From the NCBI GenBank assembly GCA_000165345.1, contig CM000429.1, forward strand, positions 800,001-864,000: DNA of 64,000 nucleotides. The letters run 5' to 3'. Shown here in pieces: positions 58,405 through 64,000 of the stretch (its first letter is position 1; every line of letters starts with the position of its first letter). A program made the position numbers and the translations under genes. A model generated the notes under the pieces. That model was not told the origin of the DNA. It searched no databases and saw only the letters and a list, made by a program, of their open reading frames with translations.

Positions 58405-59105
58405 ATTACTAACGAATTGCTGCTTCGTCAGAAACTAGAGTATCCTATAACTATTGTTTGGCACTCGGCAGTTCGAATAGCCGAATTATTATTTTACCTA
58501 CTTTAAGATCGATTTTAACTTTAGATTGACCTTCTAAGAACAGAGCTAGTTGGCACTACCAAGATGCCGATAATTAGCGGCTTAAATGTATTTAAGTTTC
58601 TGACATTGATTTAATTCATATCGTTTGAGTTTCTATTAATTTATTTCAAATTCTGTTTATGTTGGACCCTGCTCACCCATACTAAATAATATTGCTACAC
58701 TTAATGTTTCTTTTCAAAATTTAGATCATTGTGAACGTCTGGTCGGTGGACTGGCCAATTGATCTGTTTTAAAGGCTGAAGTTCTTAAATGTACATTTAG
58801 AGAAAGAATACGTGTAAGTGGACCAACCGCGCGACACGATAATCAGGCGCCTATTTGGCAATAATATAATTATCGTCCCTGCGACGATGGCATAATAAAT
58901 TAATCTATTCTAACACAATAATTGTCAAAAACTACCCACATAGTTTGCCGGGCATTTGAGCCCACGGATTTTTTTTTTTAGCAATTTTTTATTTGAAATT
59001 TACATCATAATTAAATCACTCGAGTTTCGGGTTTGTGTGATTGATTGTGAGGGCAAGTGGATTGAGAGACAATTATTAGGAGTGTAATGCAGAGGAGAAG
59101 GGACG

Positions 59106-62093
59106 ATGGAAACAAAAATGAACAACTTAGAAATAGAAAATTGTAAATCAAATGAAAGCAAAAGTTTAGAATGTGAAACGAGTAAAGGCAATCCGCCAGC
59201 TCCGACGAAAATTGTAATCCCAAAGTCTATGATCATTTTTGTTTCAGCAGCAACAGCAATTTCCATGTTTGTATTAGCATTTCATGTAATTCCAACTTTA
59301 GTTGTGAACAAATACTTACTTTTTGAACAAAAAGGGCTTCCACTAAGGACTGATCATAGAATTTTTTCATTCATGAAGCAATCTATAAATACTAAGCCAA
59401 ATAACTTTCGAGGAAATAATGGCTCACCTTCAAATGCATTAGAATTAGAATTTCTAAAATATGGAAGCTCAGAAAGCATTCAATCGTTCAGTAAGAATAG
59501 AAAATTATCGGAGGCGATTCTAAACAATACAAACTCTAGTTTATATACTCATGAAAATAATACTACATATATTTCAGGTAGCCCTACCCTAAATTTTAAT
59601 TCTGATATTAATTCTGTGCCTAATTTAGGATCAACAGAAACAAACTCTAAATTTAATTCAAATTATGTGTGCCATAAATTCGTTTCTATCAGTAAAAGTG
59701 ACTCTACTACTATTGAAAATGAATTTACTCATAACACTAAATGCAAAATTCACTACATTCTAGCAAGGCCTCTTCCAAAGGAATTGAATAAATTAGATTT
59801 GGCAACTATAAATGCTTTTAACCATTTAAGTGAGGCATCTCAGTCGGTTAAAATGATCACTGAAATCCTTGAAAATAAAAAAAAAGATGAGGGACTATTG
59901 ATCTTAATGGCATCAAGAATGAATTACGAACCAGATTGGAAATCATCTTTGGAACGTATTCATACAAATTGGGAATTTAATACAAATGTTTCACAAATTA
60001 TTCTGACTTCCTGGACGATCTCTAAGTCATTTTTCCCTGGACGTCATTATACTCCTGCATTGGATTTTGGTTTCATGATTTTAAATATTCCACAAGAAAG
60101 TGACGATGAATTAACTTCTATGAAGATAAGAGCTTCACTTGATGTTGTAAAGTCGTTTATTTCTAATTTAAATCTTATAATTGATGGAACTCTATCAAAG
60201 TTATTTTCAGGCCCAAACTATAGTATTTTAACAGAGAATAGTTTGACTCAGGATTTATTTACAAATTGGACCTATTTCGATAATTCATTTAGTTTCTTAA
60301 GTAACTATTTTAATAAAAATCAGTCAATGTTACTAGAGGATTATCTGACATCAGCAGCATTAGATGTTTCTAGGTTAATTGAACAATTACCATTGACAAT
60401 TGTAGACTCGGTCATTTTAGCAAAGGATAACTTGGATAATTTATATAAGGGAAACCCAACAGAGCTACGCTATACTAATCCGAATGAGACTCAAGTTGTA
60501 ATTATACCACCAGTAGAACGAAAGAAAATCGCAAAATATAATTATGAAGAAAAGTTTAGAAGAATATGCATCTATCAGGCACATACTGAACAGAGGTCTA
60601 TTCTTAGATCGACACCATCCAGAGCTTCAATGGCTGAGTATGCAAGATATCATGGGTATTCTTACTTCTTATTTGATGGATCATTTTATGATTCTATCCC
60701 AAAACCAGTGATTACAGATTGGTCTAAACAAGGTTTTTATATGAAAATATTTTCAGGTCTTAAGTTACTCTTTTGGAATTTAGATAAAATTGGGGATATT
60801 TTTGGAAAAATTATAAATGATCCAGAAACTAATCTCATGTCAGAAAAGTTCTATTCCGAGTTCTTGGAAAGTGTAATGCCTGACTATTTAAATGTTGATT
60901 GGGATGCACGCCATAATGCAAGGATTGGAAGTACTGGTAAGATTGACTCAAAAGGTTCATCTGGGAAGGAGGGAATTCAAATAACTCCTTCAAATATTAA
61001 GGCTAATGTATGTGACTATATTGTTTGGTTTGATTTAGATATCGTAATTACAAATAAGTTCTTTTCTATTGAAAGAATATTAGATTCAAATACTCCAGAA
61101 TACAATAACAAACCACCTGAAATATTTAGAAATATATACAAGGATGCAGGAGAAGTCGTTTTCTTGGCTGCAAGAGATTCTGAATGGAGAAATAGAAATT
61201 CTTTTGTCAACAGTGGCTTCTTCATTTTGTCTAGGTCAAGAGCTTCTTTACAAACTTTATTCCATACGCTTGCATTGGACCCTGTTAAGTCTCAAGAAGT
61301 CGTGCTAAATGGACGATTTTGGCCTGAACAATCCACTATGGCTCATGCAACGCTTAGTATATTCAACCATTCATTCTCATCTCCAAATCAGACTTACCCC
61401 TTCCTAGACACTAAAATTGACACAGTTAATGATATTAAGAAAAAATTGGTTGGCTCCACCCCCATTATGCTTACTGCCTACTTAGAAGAGATAGATAGAT
61501 ATACACATTCTGTATTAGCAAGCCAAAGGTTTGCTAATGGTTTTATTCATATCTCCCCAGATGCTTATGGAGATGGTCCATGGCATCCTGGTGACTTATT
61601 CGTTCATGCTGCCGGACAGTATAGTCCATTCAGAGACAATGTATTATCTGGACTGCTTTACTCTATCAACACTGTTGGTTTTACTTATGATGAAATTAAC
61701 TACTTTAAAAACTACTGCTATAACTCTTTAGACTTTGTTTACAGAGGTTTGGATAGACTTATTGAAGGGCTGACTCATGAATTTATTGAGTTTGAGAAAG
61801 CAAGGCTAAATGATCCAACTCAACAATTAGAAAACATTAACAATGTTGATTTGACTTTTCACTTTGTGAAAAAACTTATGGCTGTAAAAACTAGGCCTAG
61901 TTCGAAAGATGTTCTCACTCACCCAAACCAAACGAGCTATGAGAAAATTCACTTTTTAAGATGTAACTATTCATTATCTATGGCTACTAAATGGTCTATT
62001 GCTGAAGCATTTGTGTTGGGTGGTATTTCTGTATTTGGTGTTGCTATTATTGCTTTTATTTTTAAATTTGCAAGGTTTTATTCTATTAAGTGA
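59106..62093 (+). CDS. Type-II membrane glycosyltransferase, GT34 (Mnn10/GMA12/XXT)-like catalytic domain
   Basis: N-terminal signal anchor (IIFVSAATAISMFVLAFHVIPTLVV). A second hydrophobic helix lies at the C-terminus. The catalytic region has YIVWFDLDIVITN (the W-[FLM]-D-[LS]-D-x-[LVI] DxD signature of the GT34 family) followed by ...FVNSGFFILSR (compare NAGVFLIRN in GT34). Confidence 0.45.
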   Translation: METKMNNLEIENCKSNESKSLECETSKGNPPAPTKIVIPKSMIIFVSAATAISMFVLAFHVIPTLVVNKYLLFEQKGLPLRTDHRIFSFMKQSINTKPNNFRGNNGSPSNALELEFLKYGSSESIQSFSKNRKLSEAILNNTNSSLYTHENNTTYISGSPTLNFNSDINSVPNLGSTETNSKFNSNYVCHKFVSISKSDSTTIENEFTHNTKCKIHYILARPLPKELNKLDLATINAFNHLSEASQSVKMITEILENKKKDEGLLILMASRMNYEPDWKSSLERIHTNWEFNTNVSQIILTSWTISKSFFPGRHYTPALDFGFMILNIPQESDDELTSMKIRASLDVVKSFISNLNLIIDGTLSKLFSGPNYSILTENSLTQDLFTNWTYFDNSFSFLSNYFNKNQSMLLEDYLTSAALDVSRLIEQLPLTIVDSVILAKDNLDNLYKGNPTELRYTNPNETQVVIIPPVERKKIAKYNYEEKFRRICIYQAHTEQRSILRSTPSRASMAEYARYHGYSYFLFDGSFYDSIPKPVITDWSKQGFYMKIFSGLKLLFWNLDKIGDIFGKIINDPETNLMSEKFYSEFLESVMPDYLNVDWDARHNARIGSTGKIDSKGSSGKEGIQITPSNIKANVCDYIVWFDLDIVITNKFFSIERILDSNTPEYNNKPPEIFRNIYKDAGEVVFLAARDSEWRNRNSFVNSGFFILSRSRASLQTLFHTLALDPVKSQEVVLNGRFWPEQSTMAHATLSIFNHSFSSPNQTYPFLDTKIDTVNDIKKKLVGSTPIMLTAYLEEIDRYTHSVLASQRFANGFIHISPDAYGDGPWHPGDLFVHAAGQYSPFRDNVLSGLLYSINTVGFTYDEINYFKNYCYNSLDFVYRGLDRLIEGLTHEFIEFEKARLNDPTQQLENINNVDLTFHFVKKLMAVKTRPSSKDVLTHPNQTSYEKIHFLRCNYSLSMATKWSIAEAFVLGGISVFGVAIIAFIFKFARFYSIK

Positions 62094-62445
62094 ATCATTT
62101 TACGATGAAATATTTGTATTTAGAATTAGAAAATAGCATTGCCAAATTTTATCGCATAAAGCCATCAATGGCTAATTAATTAGATTATGTACTATCAATT
62201 TTTATATTTTTGATTTTTTTTTTTAATTTCAAATTTTCTATTAGAAATAATAAAAAGTATATATTTTTAACAAAACTAACATTTGTTTTATTCCAACTTT
62301 GAAGCTTAATTTTCTTTATTTAAATTTTAGATTTAAACTTAAAATGAATTTGTATTCGCACAATTTATTCGAGCAATAGAAAAATTCTATTACTAAAAGA
62401 GAAAATTTTATTTCTTGTAGTTTTTAATAGATTTTTTTTTTAAAT

Positions 62446-62757
62446 ATGAAAGTTTTTTATTTAACTAAAATTTTATTTTTGATTCTTATACTAGGCGTAT
62501 TTGTAAAGTCTGAAAACTTTAGATCGGCACAAGAACTAGAGGAAAACACTTCTAATTCTGAAGAAGAAAATCAAAATTCTCCAAAAAACTTCGTTTCAAA
62601 TACTATAAGCGAATATTATAATCACGTTTCAAGTGCAGCTACAAATAAATTCAACGAGGAGACCCAGAAACTCAAAAGCAGATTCAAAGATATGATTCAG
62701 TCTGCAGGGGAAAGTATTAAAAACTTTATCACAGAGAAAGTAAATTTAATTCAATAA
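62446..62757 (+). CDS. Small secreted protein (103 aa)
   Basis: ATG start with signal peptide MKVFYLTKILFLILILGVFVKS. Short acidic mature peptide. Could also be spurious. Confidence 0.35.
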   Translation: MKVFYLTKILFLILILGVFVKSENFRSAQELEENTSNSEEENQNSPKNFVSNTISEYYNHVSSAATNKFNEETQKLKSRFKDMIQSAGESIKNFITEKVNLIQ

Positions 62758-63287
62758 ATTTGTTTTAATGACCTTGGAAATTTCTTAATCTTGGTCAATA
62801 TGTTTCTTTTAGAATAACTCAAAGAGTGAATGCATCCAAACAATTATAATACAGGCTTAAGACTTCTAAATTTGTATGGATTAGTTAAAAAATGGTCACG
62901 AGTTTGTGTTTAACAAACGGTAACATTTCAAACAAGGAAAATTGCAGTGTTAATTGAACATTAATCTGTGGTATGAACTATAAGGAATCCTAACAAGTAT
63001 ATAAGATGGCCTCTGAAAATTTCAAAAGTTTTAAAGAATGAGATAGAGCTGTTTTGAAAAACTTGATAATAATCGGTTAAATTTTTAAATTTTTTTTTTC
63101 AATTCTTTTTTTACTAGCTATTTTTTTTGTAATTAATAAGGCGCGCTCTAAGCTTTTCTTTTTTTTTTTTTTTTTTTTTGCAAGTCGAGTTTAGACAAAA
63201 TATATGAAGATTTTTCTTAAACCATTCAAGAAAATATTGGTGTAAAACGTTGTAATTTTTTTTACTAAATAATTTTTTAATTTAATA

Positions 63288-64000
63288 TGGCTGATATTAT
63301 ATTTAAGAGCAATGAATCGATTAGAAGTTTAAATTCGAAGAATTCAAATAGAGAAGATTTTATTGAAAATGATAGCATGTTAGATGAAAGTGCCTTGCTT
63401 GTTGATTTGAAACCGAAAGAAGAACCTTTTACTGAATTCGAATGCAAGAGGTTTAGTTTTATTTCCAAAGAAGAGAAATCTGGAAAATTATTATTAAAAA
63501 CTTGTCAACCATGTCAGAATTTGGAAGTGAGTAACACTACCGATAAGACTGCGCTAGAATTACCCTCAGTTTATCTTAGGGACTATATGTATTTGAAACT
63601 AAATAATGGAATTAAAGTTATCCTAATTAGTGATGCGATAGATATGGAAATGGGAATAGGAATTCAATATCCAGTAAGCTTAATTGAAGGATGTAATGAT
63701 CTTGGTGGGGTAAGGCTTATTTCAAATGTTCTAATTAGAGGCCTTAAGGATTATTTCAGAGAGGTAGCACTTATTAAATCATATTTTTTACACAACTCAA
63801 GGGTTTCAATAAATTTTTCGACAAATGAGAATATATTACAAATATTGAAATATTTTTCAGAAGTTTTTGTTAATTTTGAAATATCCATTGAAAAATTTGT
63901 AGAAGCGTATAAATTGACAATTGATCAATTTAAATCAAGACAAGATGCTCAATATACTCAAATAGTTAGAAAATTGTTTGAGATTGCTCATCCAAATAGT
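63288..64000 (+). CDS. Insulinase-like (peptidase M16 family) protein, 3'-partial, probably non-catalytic
   Basis: The ORF is open from the ATG at 63288 to the window end; it is absent from the ORF track because it has no stop. YLRDYMYLKLNNGIKVILISD matches the M16 N-terminal consensus (…L.NGL.V.LISD). The position of the HxxEH zinc motif reads GVRLISNVLIRGL, so the His and Glu residues are replaced. Confidence 0.5.

Noticed and set aside
58440-58520. tRNA-like string cagTTCGAATagcc
   Set aside because: It is only a partial T-loop resemblance. No complementary acceptor stem, D-arm or anticodon arm is found around it.

Overview
The window is an AT-rich (~30% GC), gene-dense, intron-poor eukaryotic chromosome segment. 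It is not prokaryotic. Codon usage and architecture fit an apicomplexan, and the recurrent intergenic E2F-like elements (TTTGGCGGGAAA / GGCGCCAA), G-box (GTGGGG) and TGCATGCA motifs fit Cryptosporidium specifically. That identification is inference. About 27 protein-coding genes fill the 64 kb.

Genes called by homology:
- patatin-like phospholipase
- TAF7
- dynein light-intermediate chain
- PITH-domain protein
- CHD-type chromodomain/SNF2 remodeler (2055 aa)
- EGF-repeat membrane protein
- membrane-anchored pepsin-like aspartyl protease
- CDC20/CDH1 APC/C coactivator
- AMP-forming acetyl-CoA synthetase
- GPI mannosyltransferase I (PIG-M)
- glutamine:fructose-6-P amidotransferase (GFAT)
- ankyrin-repeat polytopic membrane protein
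- APT1-like phospholipase/carboxylesterase
- a GT34-like type-II glycosyltransferase
- a 3'-truncated, apparently catalytically dead insulinase-like (M16) protein at the window end

The rest are signal-peptide-bearing low-complexity secreted proteins with no recognisable homologues.

There are no rRNA or tRNA genes, no CRISPR arrays, no mobile elements and no prokaryotic-style defence or biosynthetic island. I found no clustered novel system.

The points most worth follow-up are:
- Spliced gene models the ORF track cannot show: PIG-M in three exons; an intron in the first gene; a possible in-frame intron in the EGF protein; a probable unannotated multi-exon small membrane-protein gene near 46.7-47.4 kb.
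- An unusual ~83-aa N-terminal extension in front of the N-terminal-nucleophile cysteine of GFAT.
- An ankyrin plus 6-8 TM protein with TRP-channel-like architecture.
- A consistent promoter motif grammar across almost every upstream region.

Several ORF-track start coordinates are TTG artefacts and have been moved to the first in-frame ATG (patatin, PITH, acidic protein, 818-aa secreted protein).
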